Assembly: GCF_009914755.1 (NCBI RefSeq)
Contig: NC_060947.1
Source: the human T2T-CHM13v2.0 reference genome, Homo sapiens
DNA length: 64,000 nt
Direction: 5' to 3' (one strand)
Shown: positions 26,200-38,187 of the stretch, piece after piece
How the letters are laid out: each line of letters starts with the position of its first letter
Position numbering within the stretch: the first letter of the stretch is position 1
Program-made: the position numbers and the translations under genes
The notes under the pieces: model-generated
What the model was told of the DNA's origin: nothing
Databases searched by the model: none
The model's input: the letters and a program-made list of their open reading frames with translations, nothing else

Positions 26200-28115
26200 A
26201 AACAGGAAATCTAGAAAAAAACTGATAAATTCCTGGACACATACACCCTCCTAAGACTAAAGATGCCTCAAAATAATAAGAGCCATTTACAACAAACCCA
26301 CAGCCAATATCACAGTGAATGGGCAAAAGCTGGAAGCATTCCCCTTGAAAATCGGCACAAGAAAAGATTCCCCCTCTCACTACTCCTATTCAACATAGTA
26401 TTGGAAGGTCTAACCAGGACAATCCAGCAAGAGAAAAAAATAAAGGCATTCAAATAAGAAGAGAGAAAGTCAAACTATTCCTGTTTGCAGATGACACAAT
26501 CCTATATCTAGAAAATCCCATCAACTCAGTCCAAAAGCTTCTTAAGCTGATAAGCAACTTCAGCAAAGTCTCAGGATACAGAATCAATGTGCAAAAATCA
26601 TGAGCATTTGTATACACAAACAACAGTCAAGCTGAGAGACAAATCATAAACAAATTTTCATTCACAATTGCCACAAAAAGAATAAAATACCTAGGAATAC
26701 AGGTAACAAGGGAAATGAAAGATCTCTACAAGAAGAATTACAAAACACTGCTCAAAGAAATCAGAGATGACACAAACAAATGGAAAAACATCCCATGCCC
26801 ATGGATAGGAAGAATCAAATCATAAAAATGGCCATACTGTCCAAAGCAATTTATAGATTCAATGCAATTCCTATGAAACTACCATCGAGATTCTTCACAT
26901 AACTAGAAAAAACTATTTCAAAATTTGCATGGAAACAAAGAAGAGCCTGAATAGCCCAAGCAATCCTAAGCAGAAAGAACAAAGCTGGAAACATCATGCT
27001 ACTCGCCTTCAAATTATACTACAGGGTGAAAGTTACCAAAACAGCATGGTACTAGTACAAAAACAGACACATGGACCAATGGAACAGAATAGAGAACCCA
27101 GAGATAACCCCACACACTCACAACTCTCTGATCTTCAGAAAACCTGACAAAAACAAGCAATGGGAAAAGGATTCCCTATTCAGTAAATGGTGTTGGGATA
27201 AGTGGCTAGCCATATGCAGAAGATTGAAACTGGACCCCTTCTTTACACCATATACAAAAATTAACTCAAGATGGATTAAAGACTTAAATGTAAAACCCAA
27301 AACTGTAAAAATCCTGGAAGGCAACCAAGGCAATACCATCCTGGACAAAGGAACGGGCAAAGATTTCATGACAAAGACGCCAAAAACAATTGCAACAAAA
27401 GCAAAAATAGACAAATGGGAACTGATTAGACTAAAGAGCTTCTGTGCAGCAAAGGTGAGTATCAACAGAGTAAACAGACAACCTAAAGAATGGGAGAAAA
27501 AGTTTGCAAACAATGCATCTAACAAAGGTCTAATATCCAGCATCTATAAGGAACTTAAACAAATCTACAAGAAAACAAACAACCCCATAAAAAGTAGGCA
27601 AAGGACATGAACAGACACTTTTCAAAAGAGGACATACATGCAGCCAACAATCACATGATAAAAAGCTCAAGATCTCTGATCATTACAGAAATGCAAATCA
27701 AAACCACAATGAGATACCATCTCACACCAGTCAGAATGGCTATTATTAAAAAGTAAAAAAATAGCAGATGCTGGCGAGGTTGCAGATAAAAAGGAATGCT
27801 TATACACTGTTGGTGGGAGCATAAATTAGTTCAACCATTGTGGAAGACGGTGTGGCAATTCCACAGAAACCTAAAAGCAGAAATACCCTTTGACCCAGCA
27901 ATCCCATTACTGAGTATCTACCCAAAGAAATGTAAATCATTCTATTATAAAGACACACGCACACATATGTTCATTGCAGCACTATTCAGAATAGCAAAGG
28001 CATGGAATCAACCTAAATGCCCATTAATGATAGACTGGATAAAGAAAATGTGGTACATGTACACCATGGAATACTATGCAGCCATAAAAAAGAACGAGGG
28101 TTCTTTGCAGGAACA
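26200..28115 (+). mobile_element. L1PA ORF2 fragment lacking its 3'UTR; right arm of the inverted pair
   Basis: ORF2 reverse-transcriptase and C-terminal remnants. ORFs 26929-27147, 27071-27610 and 27118-27543 translate identically to the mirrored ORFs in the left arm. Confidence 0.95.
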
Positions 28116-28947
28116 AAGCAGGGTCTTTGCAGGAACAAATCAGGGTCCTCTAAGAAGCAGGACCAGGTTACCCACGTCTAAGCGTGTGCCAGAGGAGGGC
28201 GGTGGAAGCAAAATGTTCATAAGTTCTTGGGTCACTGAGCAAGCAGGCAGTCTCAGAATCTTTTGGGTCAGCTGCTAGTCCTGACCCTGGCCATTTTGCC
28301 TGATAAAGATTATCATCAAAGACATTAGCAAATGCACCAGCTCTGGCTTAACAGTTGGGCTTCAGCAGTGAGGAATAAAGCTGGTCCTATCCTTTTCTAC
28401 CTCTCCCTATTCCCACATATACATAAAGTTTCTGCTAGAGTAATTTTTTAGAGCCTCAGCTTCTGACCTCAGGAGTCACAAAGAAGAAAGGGAAATACAT
28501 AACCCCAAACAGGCACACACCCTCACATATCCATCCCTGTATATCCATTATGCTGTAGTTTTTCTGATTTTATGATGGGGAACATAAAGTAAAAGCAAAC
28601 AAAATGGAAAAAGAATGAACAAAATTAAAATCCTACCTTCTAATTAACAACATAAGAAGAATGTGCCTAAGGAAACTCTAGATACCCAGAGTTTCCTCTC
28701 CTAACTCCCCTGAGGTAGAATGGAGAAGATCTCTATAGAGTTAAAGATCAATTAGAGAGAAATGTGGTGCCAGAGTAACCTGGTTCTCTAGTACAAGGAA
28801 ACAGATGAGTGAATAGAATAATTATATAGTAGAACATATTATAATAGAGTTATGTATATATGGTATGCTTGCTGTACAGGCGTGGGACATGTAACCCATC
28901 TTGGGAAAGAAAAGGTGGTCAGGACCTATATGCATAAAGGTCTCTCT

Positions 28948-29135
28948 GGGAAAGTGTGGAATACTAGTTACTGGAGACCTGGATGGGTGGGAGGGGGATG
29001 AGGGATGCAAAATTACTTAATGGATACAATGTTCTTCATTCAGGTGACGGATACACTAAAAGCCCAGATCGCACCTCCATGTAATATATCTATGTAACAA
29101 AACTACATTTGTACTCCTTAAATTTGTACAAAAAA
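28948..29135 (+). mobile_element. Short 5'-truncated L1PB/L1MA-like 3' end
   Basis: AAATTACTTAATGGATACAATG...CACTAAAAGCCCAGA...TGTACTCCTTAAATTTGTAC; 12-bp TSD AAAGGTCTCTCT at 28936-28947 and 29133-29144. Confidence 0.85.
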
Positions 29136-29254
29136 GGTCTCTCTATGCCATAATACATTTTCAGACCAAGGACTGATATGTTCCTTATGTGGGCTTACCG
29201 AAGCTTTACTATGGGAAAGGAGGGAGTTGGATTTCAGAAGGCAAGAGTAAAGAC

Positions 29255-29370
29255 CTTCACTCATTCAAGAAAAAAAATTATTGAGCACCTACTATGTGCC
29301 AGGCACTTTTCTAGGGACTTGGAACACAACATTAACCCAAACATACAAAAATCCCAGTCCTTATGAAGTC
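29255..29370 (-). mobile_element. L2 3' end
   Basis: TTCACTCATTCAA...TTATTGAGCACCTACTATGTGCCAGGCAC. Confidence 0.8.
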
Positions 29371-29434
29371 AAGTAGAAGAAAAATAGGAAACAGTGTTTC
29401 ATTAGGGGAAGCACAGTGAGTTTTTTAGTTTGTG

Positions 29435-31262
29435 GAACTAATCTGTATTGAGTGGTATATGTATGTTGTTATGCATTTGTCAAAACCTACAGAAATTTAC
29501 AGCACAAAAAGTGAACCTTAATGCATGTAAATTTTAAAAAATCAACCAGGAGGTCAGGAGATCCCAGGATGAGATGTAGACTATGACAGAAGAATCTAAT
29601 GGTGTTACAAACGTAAGCCATAATTTCATGGAAGAGAATGGAGACAAAATATCCCGACCTAAGTCACTTTGAAAAATGGTGTTTCACCATACACCGTAAG
29701 ACCAAAAACAAAAGGGATGATATATGAACACTATAGTCTAGTTGATAAGGTTGCTTGTCATAGGGGTACGGGTTAATAATTCTAACATGGCTGTACATGT
29801 ATACTAGGATGAGCAAATAAATAAATGAGTGGTTGAGCCAGTCTTCTCACTGTTGGTGAGGAAGGTTCCAGATAAGCAAGGGGAGATTAGAATGGACTGA
29901 CCCATGTGGTACTGGATTAGAGTCAGAGACATCAAGGTAAACTCATATTTAGCTTGATATAGATACAGATGGATAGATACAGAAGTAGTTGTAAAGATGA
30001 GTGCATACATGAATTTGTATATACACATATATCTCTTAGCTCTGTCTTCTGAGAGGGCCTAAAAGCAAAGACACCCTAGTAGCAACAAGCATGCCTAGCT
30101 CCCAGATCTTGGTTTCTAATAATATTTTCTAATGAAAGAAACTGGAACTTCTTTAGAGATGTATCTTATTCTAGGGCTAGGGCAGGAAATATACACAATG
30201 AGCCTGGAGTGCCTTGAAGTGCCAGAAAGTAAGAAAGTGCTCAAATAGCAAAACAATGGTGGCATGTCAAAGGGACACAAGAGCCAACTGAAAGAGTCCC
30301 CAGTGGCTAAGGCTGGAACAATTTGAGCAACAAAATATATAACATAGTATTGGAATATAACCCAGAGTATAAAACAAATATCTGTGAGACCATACTGATA
30401 TAAGTAAATGACTGAATAAATAAATGTATATATGTATATATTTATATGTATTTATATATTTACATATTTATATGTATTTATATATTTACATATTTATATG
30501 TATTTATATTTATATGTATTTATTTATAAATCCATTTATAAATAGGAGATATATATATATATAAATCTCCATTTATATAGGAGATCTCCTATATAAATAT
30601 ATCTCCTATACAGAAGTCCAAGTAAGATAGAGACTCCCTCCTCAAGGAGGTATAATCTAAGCCCCCACATTCTGAGCGTGGGCCGTGCCTAGTTACTTAT
30701 TTCCAGAGTATGAAAAGGGAGGGTAAAGTAATTTTATAATGGTGAAACCTGACAAACACTACCATAGTAGATCAAAGTCAACATCAACAGTGATAAATCA
30801 CGTTGATTAATAGTATGCATCCTTGATATAATATGATGAGAAGTACTTTCTACCTCTATGCCCGTACTCCCAAAAACCTCCAGTCTAAACATGAGAAAAA
30901 CTTTCTACAAAACACCTGAGCAAAACTTTTCTCAAAACTGTCAAGGTAATCAAAAACAAGGAAAGCCTGAGAAACTACCACAGATTAGAAGAAGCTAAGG
31001 AGATATGACTGAATGCCATGTGCTATCCTGGATGGAATCCTGGAATAGACAAGGAAAGCTAACGAAACCTGTATAAAGTAAAAGTATGGAGTTAAGTTAA
31101 TAACAGTGTATCAATATTGGTTCCTTAGTTGTGACAAATATAATATAGCAATCGAAGTTGTTAACAATAGGGAAAATTGGTTTAGGGTCATACACAAACG
31201 CTATTATTTTTGCAACTTTTCTGTAAAGTTAAAAGTATTCTAAAATAAAAGGTGTATTTACA
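29435..31262 (+). mobile_element. L1MC-like long 3' region
   Basis: TATGCATTTGTCAAAACC...; AAAACTGTCAAGGTAATCAAAAACAAGGAAAG...; end TTTTTGCAACTTTTCTGTAAAG...TTCTAAAATAAAAGG. Confidence 0.75.
30420..30610. repeat. AT-rich low-complexity repeat containing a 28-bp perfect palindrome
   Basis: TA-rich units; ATTTATATAGGAGATCTCCTATATAAAT at 30571-30598. Confidence 0.9.
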
Positions 31263-32221
31263 TTAAAATAACAAAATAATTACAGAGATTTATTATAAGC
31301 CCTATGGAAAAAAATAAAACTGGGTAAGGAAGACTGGCTGTGGAGGGAGGGGCTGGGTTTTATTTTATAGATAGTGGTCAGGGAAGAGCTCTCTAAAGAG
31401 ACATTTGAATAAGCATGAGTAGCAAGTCATGTAGACACCAGGTGGAAGAGCATGCCAGGAAGTGAAAACAGGAAAAGCAAAGGATGGAGGTGGGAGTTCA
31501 GGAAGGAGCCTACTGAAAATAGCTCAGGTGCAACAGAAGGAAGGTCTGAACCAGGGCAATGGTGGGAGGCAAGAAGGACAGGGAGCAGACTTGAGAAGTC
31601 CTTATTTCATGGACCAGGAAGAAGAAAAGAGGAATAGTCCGGAAAGGGAATGGCCCCCAGCACCATGCACAGCTATCATGCCATTGTGTGGCAATGCTCA
31701 GAGTTCTATGGCTTTGCACAGTTCCACATGGCTTCGCATGGTACTTATTGAATCAAGTCTTCACTGCAACCCTGGGGTTCTAGTCTACACTTCTAAGAAT
31801 CAGGACATTGCACCTCAGGTTCAGATTTGTTCAACTCACATCTTGCAAAAGCAAACTGGAGACTTGAAACTAGGCTTTCTGACTATGTATCCTCTGATTC
31901 TCCATCTTGCCCTCTGTCCTCCATACCTTCTATGACATTACCAGGGTATCATGGAGGAGGCTAAGACTGTGAATTGCAGAGTCTAGGAAGTTTGATGGAA
32001 CAAAAGTCCACCCCTAAAACCCTGGGGGCAGGTCCTGGCCCAGTTTAAGCCTGACTCAGAGAGAGACTTTTAAAAAAAGTTGTATAAGTCCTGATATTAA
32101 TAATGTTTCTTCATAACCTACATATAAAAGGTCAGAAGGACAGGTTTCTGCTACTATCAAGTCTAGACTTCTGGCCATCCTTTGCTATCCCAAATGGACC
32201 TCAGGGCCTCATGCCACACAT

Positions 32222-32266
32222 TGTGTGTATGTGTGTGTGTGTGTGTGTGTGCGCGCACACATGCAT
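32222..32266. repeat. (TG)n microsatellite
   Basis: TGTGTGTATGTGTGTGTGTGTGTGTGTGTGCGCGCACAC. Confidence 0.95.
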
Positions 32267-33420
32267 GTGGCTGTATACCTCCTAAATTTCTCCATTGTGA
32301 AACATACAGTCCTCTTTCTGTTTTTCCAATATATACACATGTTCCTAGAGTCCCCAAGGGCTGTAACTGCTCCAAGCAATTTTTTCCAAGTCAAAAGCAG
32401 CTGGCTGTCTCTAAGTGATGAGCTGAGAGTGAAACCAACTTCAGGAAACCGTCAGGCTAAAGCAAGCCCTTCACAGCCCTCAGATCTTGAGGAGATAATG
32501 GTGGAGACTGGGAGCAGAGCAGAACCCCAAGCTCTCTATCTGAAGTCACTCTAAATCTATTTGATTATCAGAACATGTTATCATTAAATATTATCAGGTT
32601 TCAGAATCCTTAGGCCCCTGAAGCTGTTGGCCATGTCCCAAACCTAGTGTCACCCCTCCCCTCAGTCCTCCAAACCAGGATTTCTTCTCATCCCCTGAAC
32701 CCCACCTTTGGCCATATCCTTCTGAAAGATTATATGGAGTGCCCTTTAGCATTCTGGAGACTTTCTGAGTATTGAGCTTTGCAAAAGAGAAACAAATCTT
32801 GAAGCAATGAGAAATTTGAGTGTGTGGAAAGATTTTTCTCAAGTATGTATTGGCCTCAATGAGGAAAATGCATGCTTATTAAAATGTTTAGTTGGTCATA
32901 ATAATTTAATTTTTCTAACAATATAATTTAACTTGATCATTCTTCATTTATGTATAGATTTTTAGAGCAGTGTTCTCCTTCCTTCTCTTACTCTCTTTTC
33001 TCCTTTCTAAAAGATACATATTAATCTCTGGGCTTCATTGCCTCAAAAGTGGATTCAAGAACTTCTTCAACTGTTAAGTTACTCCCTGTTCCTGAAGGGA
33101 AATAATTGGAACATCACCATCTGCAGCCATCTTGGAGAAAGACATGATTTTGAAGGAAGGCATTCAATGAAATAACATTCTGATTTGAAGTTAAATTGTC
33201 CAAGAGCTAACTTCCTCGACAGCTCTGATTCAGGCCTCCTAAAATGTTGCACACTCTGACTCATGCTTCCTTCTGGAAATGACAAAATTTCCTCGCCACC
33301 CTGATCTAAGCCGTCTGTTCTTGGTCCTCCATGCTCTCAGGAAGGGATTGGGTCGTATGTTACATTTTTTCCATGGTGGGCAAGGAAACTCATCTTTTGT
33401 TTTTTCAAAGGGAGAAACAT

Positions 33421-33451
33421 ACACACGCGCGTGCACACACACACACACACA
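33421..33451. repeat. (CA)n microsatellite
   Basis: ACACACGCGCGTGCACACACACACACACACA. Confidence 0.9.
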
Positions 33452-35204
33452 AGAATGACACACTGAAAATTCTGAAAATTAATACCAGGCAGAGCACCCC
33501 CACCCTCCACACCCCTGGAAAATAAATAAATGCTGTTTAAGAATTGTAGAAACAAAAGGGAGTTGATTTTTTAACCATTTATGCTCCAAAGATTTTTTTA
33601 AATGTTCAATTTTCTAAAGAAAAAAATATGTAGTAACTTTACAAAGCTAACATGTTTTATTAGTTAAGGTGGTCTGAAAGAGCTTGGATTTTGTAGGTAA
33701 CTAATAATCAGTGTTGAGCATCACTGATCCATTTCCCAGGGAGATTGCATTCCCTTTGTCTCTGAAGAGATGCTTGGGGGAAAAGCCATGTTGGGGAACA
33801 GAGGAGAGGAAAAGGAGGAATAAGGAGAGGAAGGGATGCAATTGACAACAATATTTTTGTGGTACTGAAATCTGTTCTAGACTGTCCCATAGCAGCCTCA
33901 AATATAAATACGTGCCAATCTGTATCTTATAATGTATAACCCAGTACTCATTAGAAACACTACTCACTGGAGTGAAAAAAAGCACCCAGAATATTAATTC
34001 AGTATAAAGATTTACCACATAGTAAATAAGGATTTATTCTGAGGATAAGAATTTTGAGACCAGAAGTTTAAGGATATTTTTCTATATTCTCAGCTATAAT
34101 AAATTAAAATTTTGATAAATGCTATATATATAATGTGTATAAAGTGAAGAATGACTTGCATATATATTTACATAGCCTTACATTTGTCCTCTCAGAGTGT
34201 CTTCAAACATGAAGATTGAGAAGGAGAAAATTGCCTTACACATTCTATCTCTTTTACTTTCCTCACAACAAAGCTATGGGCATCAGTCTTGAGTTCTATT
34301 CTCAGCTCTGCTACTGGGTTATTATGGGCTAGTAATTTAATTGAAAATGGAAGAATGGATCAGATGATTCCCAAAGACCCTTCCAATTTGAAATTCTATG
34401 ACCCGATGTTTTGTTTATCTCCATGGGATGTTTTCTGTTTTCAAAGAAGACGCTAAGATGTATTTCCTATTCCTGTTAACAGCTCTTGACTGTGAGCTGG
34501 GAACCCCAACGGCTCTGCCAAGCCCAAGTCCTAGGAGATAAGGCCTAGGAACAGGGTATTCACCTTCCCTACCCCATCTGGACCCCTCTCCACTGGCAGA
34601 TCAGATGGCCCATGGCCTGAATCTGCTAGAGGTGTGGAGGTCTGCCAGGACCTAATGGCAGGATCCTTATGCTCATCCTTAATCACTATTAATTTGCGTT
34701 TCTTTCATATGACTTTATGAGTAAGTAAGAGAAGTCCCATTCATTCCACATGCATTTATGTGTGCGTGGTGTATGTATGCTTAAACCACTGTACTGAACA
34801 CTGCGGATAGAACAAAGTTGGGTTTTCCTGAGCCCACTAGTAATTGTGCAATTGTGGTTTTGATTAGGGAGACAAAGAGACTCATAGTAGAGACCCACCA
34901 TGGCCTTTGAAGTTTCACCAGTAATGATTCACTGTTTGAATCTTCTGGGCTTTTTGGACTTTCAGAGTGCTCTATTAAAAAATTCTTTTAAGTACTTGGA
35001 AGGAGGGAGAAGCCCACTCAATGGCCCTGAAGGAATGAGATGAAGAGGAGGAAGAGCTGGGGAGGGGTGAAGAGATATCAGAGAAAGGCTGGTGTAATTA
35101 ATGAGGGGTGTGGATAATAAATAGGTCCCAAGAGGCCAATGCTTATAGAAAACAAAAATTTCAAATGATACATTAAACTAAGATCTGTATTCTGATGGTA
35201 GTCT

Positions 35205-35700
35205 ATATCAGTTGCTCAACTGGCCAGCAAGCATGGAGCTCTTATTATTTTCCAGGCTCTGTTCCAGATGCTGGAGATACAGCAATGAACATAACTCTGT
35301 TGGACTAAAGGAGCTTTAAGTATAGAGAGAGAAAGAGGGGAAGGGAGGGAGGAAAGAAGGAGAGAGATAATTTTCAGAGCTTAATAATGACCAACCACTA
35401 AGAAAATAAAAGAGAAAGATAGTACAGGTTGTGAGTGGGGAGTACAGAAGGAGGTACTCTAGTCAGGATGGTCACAGGAATATTTTGTAGGAGCTAGGGC
35501 CTGAATAATGACATAGAGGTTAGCCTTGTAGATTCTGGAAGGAAGAGTTCTGACTTGAAAGAACAGCAAATGCAAAGCCCTTAACGGCCTGCTTAAGAGT
35601 CAGAAAGAAAGCCAGTATGACTGGAGCACAGTGGATAAGGAAAGAGGGTGGTAGAATATAAGGCTGAAGAAGTAGGCAGGGGCTAGCTCATGCAGGACCA
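35205..35700 (-). mobile_element. Degenerate L2 fragment
   Basis: CCAGGCTCTGTTCCAGATGCTGGAGATACAGCAATGAAC...GAACAGCAAATGCAAAGCCC...GCCAGTATGACTGGAGCACAGTG. Confidence 0.7.
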
Positions 35701-36021
35701 GCTGATGTAATAATAAGAGCAGCTAACATTTATGGCATCCTTGGACAGTGCTAACTACTTTCTAGGGATTTGCTTCTTTTCTCCTCACACCTACCTCATG
35801 AGATTATTGCTATTTCCAGTGGTCACACAATCAGTGGTAGGTGCTAGAGCTGAGACGTGACCCCACAGTGGTCTGATCCCAAACTGGTTTTCATTCTCAA
35901 TTTATTGCTACATCAAAAAATATAAGTGCCTTAAAAACCGCTTTGGGGACACATGAATGAAGCATACTCAGGATCATCATCCATCATAAGTTCTAGAAGG
36001 CACTATGAAAAGGATCCTCTT

Positions 36022-36437
36022 TGTATTAGTCCGTTCTCACATTGCTATAAATACCTGAGACTGAGTAATTTGTAAAGAAAAGAGGTTTGATTGGCTCATG
36101 GCTTTGCAAGCTGTACAGAAAGCATGATGCTGACATCCGCTCAGCTTCTGGGGAGGCCTCAGGAAACTTACAATCATGGTGGAAGGTGAAGGGGAAGCCA
36201 GCACTTCACATTGCCAGGGCAGATGCAAGAGAAATGGGGGAAGGTGCTACACACTTTTAAACAACCAGATTGTGTGAGAACTCACTATCACAAGAACAGC
36301 ACCAAAGGGATGGTGTTAAGCCATTCATGAGAAATCCACTGCCATGATCAAATTACCTCCCATCAGGCCCCATCTCCAACACTACGGATTACAATTTGAC
36401 ATGAGATGTTGTGAGAACACAGATCCAAACCATATCA
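36022..36437 (-). mobile_element. MSTA-like solo LTR
   Basis: TGTATTAGTCCGTTCTCACATTGCTATAAA...CAGATCCAAACCATATCA; 5-bp TSD CTCTT / TTCTT. Confidence 0.92.
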
Positions 36438-36922
36438 TTCTTTAAAAGTCTGTGTAACAGTGGAGAATGGTGGCTGGGAGTACTGCCACTGGGTGGCTAC
36501 TTTGTCTACTTCCTATGGGCAAAATGTCAATTTCCCTTCCTTCGCTCACACTCAACCCCCATACCACCCAGCACCACCCAATACGGTGCCAAACTGACTC
36601 TGACATCTCTTTAAATGCATTCCCTGGAGGCACTGGAGAAAGGCAAGAAACATGCTGGACAGAGCAACAGGAGCCCTTGAGTTGGGCTTACTCCTGCCTT
36701 GATCACACTGAAGAGTTGTTGAAAATAATCATTTATCTTTTTCAGCTTCCCTTTTCACACCTATGAAACAAGATTGTTCCTATTTGGAATAATGTAACAG
36801 TAGGCAGAGGTAACTCAGAAGCCCCCAGGAGATGCTGTAAACTTGATACTTTAAAGGAACTCATCATGTTAACTGGCTGAACTGCCATCCTTAGACCCCA
36901 CTGAAATTTGCAATGTGACTGC

Positions 36923-38187
36923 TATAGTAAGCAGAATAGTCCCCAAAGATGTCCATGTCCAAATCCCTGGAACCTATTTATGAAAGTGTTATCTTACACG
37001 GCAAAAGGGGCTCTGAAGATGTGATTAAATTAGGGATCTTGAAATGGGGAAATTAGCATGGATTATCAAGGTGGGTCCAATGTAATCCCAAGGGTCCTTA
37101 CAAGAGGGAAGCAGGAGAGTTAGTGTCAGAGTGGTATGATGTGAGAAGGACTTAACCCACTGTTAATGGTTTTGAAGATAGAGAATGACGCCACAGGCCA
37201 AAGAAGATACGCAGCCTCTGAAAGCTGGGAAAGGCAAGGAAATGGATTCTTCCCTGACAGCCTCCAGAAGAAACTGTGTCCCTGATCGGTTCCTTCTGAT
37301 GGGTTCTTGGTCTCGCTGACTTCAAGAATGAAGCCGCGGACCCTCGTGGTGAGTGTTAAAGTTCTTAAGGATGGTGTGTCCTCAGTTTGTTCCTTCAGAT
37401 GTTCAGATGTGTCTGGAGTTTCTTCCTTCTGGTGGGTTCGTGGTCTCGCTGACTTCAGGAGTGAAGCCGCAGACCTTTGCAGTGAGTGTTACAGCTCTTA
37501 AAGGCGGCACGTCCAGAGTTGTTCTTTCCACCCTGTGGGTTCATGGTCTTACTGGCTTCAGGAGTGAAGCTGCAGACCTTTGCGGTGAGTGTTACAGCTC
37601 ATAAAGGCAGTGTGGACCCAAAGAGTGAGCAGCAGCAACATTTATTGCAAAAAGCAAAAGAACAAAGCTTCCACAGAGTGGAAGGATTGCAGCTGCTGGC
37701 TCGGGTGGCCAGCTTTTATTCCCTTATTTGGCCCTGCCCACATCCTGCTCATTGGTCCATTTTACAGAGCACTGATTGGTCCATTTTAGAGTGCTGATTG
37801 GTCCGTTTTTACAGAGTGCTGATTGGTGCATTTACAAACCATTAGCTAGACACAGAGCTCTGATTGGTACATTTTTACAGAGTGCTGATTGGTGCACTTA
37901 CAAACCTTTAGCTAGACACAGAGCGCTGATTGGGGTGTTTTTACAGAGTGCTGATTCGTGCATTTACAAACCTTTAGCTAGACAGAAAAGTTCTCTAAGT
38001 CTCCACTTGACCCAGGAAGTCCAGCTGGCTTCACCTCTCAAAACCATCCCTGCTGACACATTGACTTCAGCCTACTTAGACTGATTTTGGATTTCTGGCC
38101 TCCAAAATTGTAGGATAATAAATTCGTATTGTTTTGGGCCCCTGAGTTTGTGATAATTTGTTACAGCAGCAACAGGAAATTCACACA
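36923..38187 (+). mobile_element. MLT1D-like LTR interrupted by LTR12
   Basis: GCAGAATAGTCCCCAAAGATGTCCATGTCC...CCTCCAGAAG | CCCTGCTGACACATTGACTTCAGCC...TTTGTTACAGCAGCAACAGGAAA. Confidence 0.85.
37275..38040 (-). mobile_element. LTR12-family (ERV9) solo LTR
   Basis: TG...CA ends; 4-bp TSD AAAC at 37271-37274 and 38041-38044; tandem GCTGATTGG units; U5 repeats GGAGTGAAGC(C/T)GCAGACCTTTGC. Confidence 0.93.

Larger units (their letters stand above)
23286..28086. repeat. Near-perfect inverted repeat: arms about 23286-24540 and 26832-28086, spacer about 2.3 kb
   Basis: Mirror coordinates sum to 51372. Manual line-by-line comparison found only about 4 mismatches in the lines checked; the unchecked middle has identical translations in overlapping frames. 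Confidence 0.95.

Noticed and set aside
23762-27610. Two identical 179-aa ORFs that look like a duplicated gene
   Set aside because: They are L1 ORF2 C-terminal remnants bounded by stops and frameshifts. Their identity reflects the inverted repeat, not a gene.
31462-31935. 157-aa ORF
   Set aside because: Non-ATG start, begins in purine-rich L2-like sequence, and has no recognisable domain or clear splice structure.
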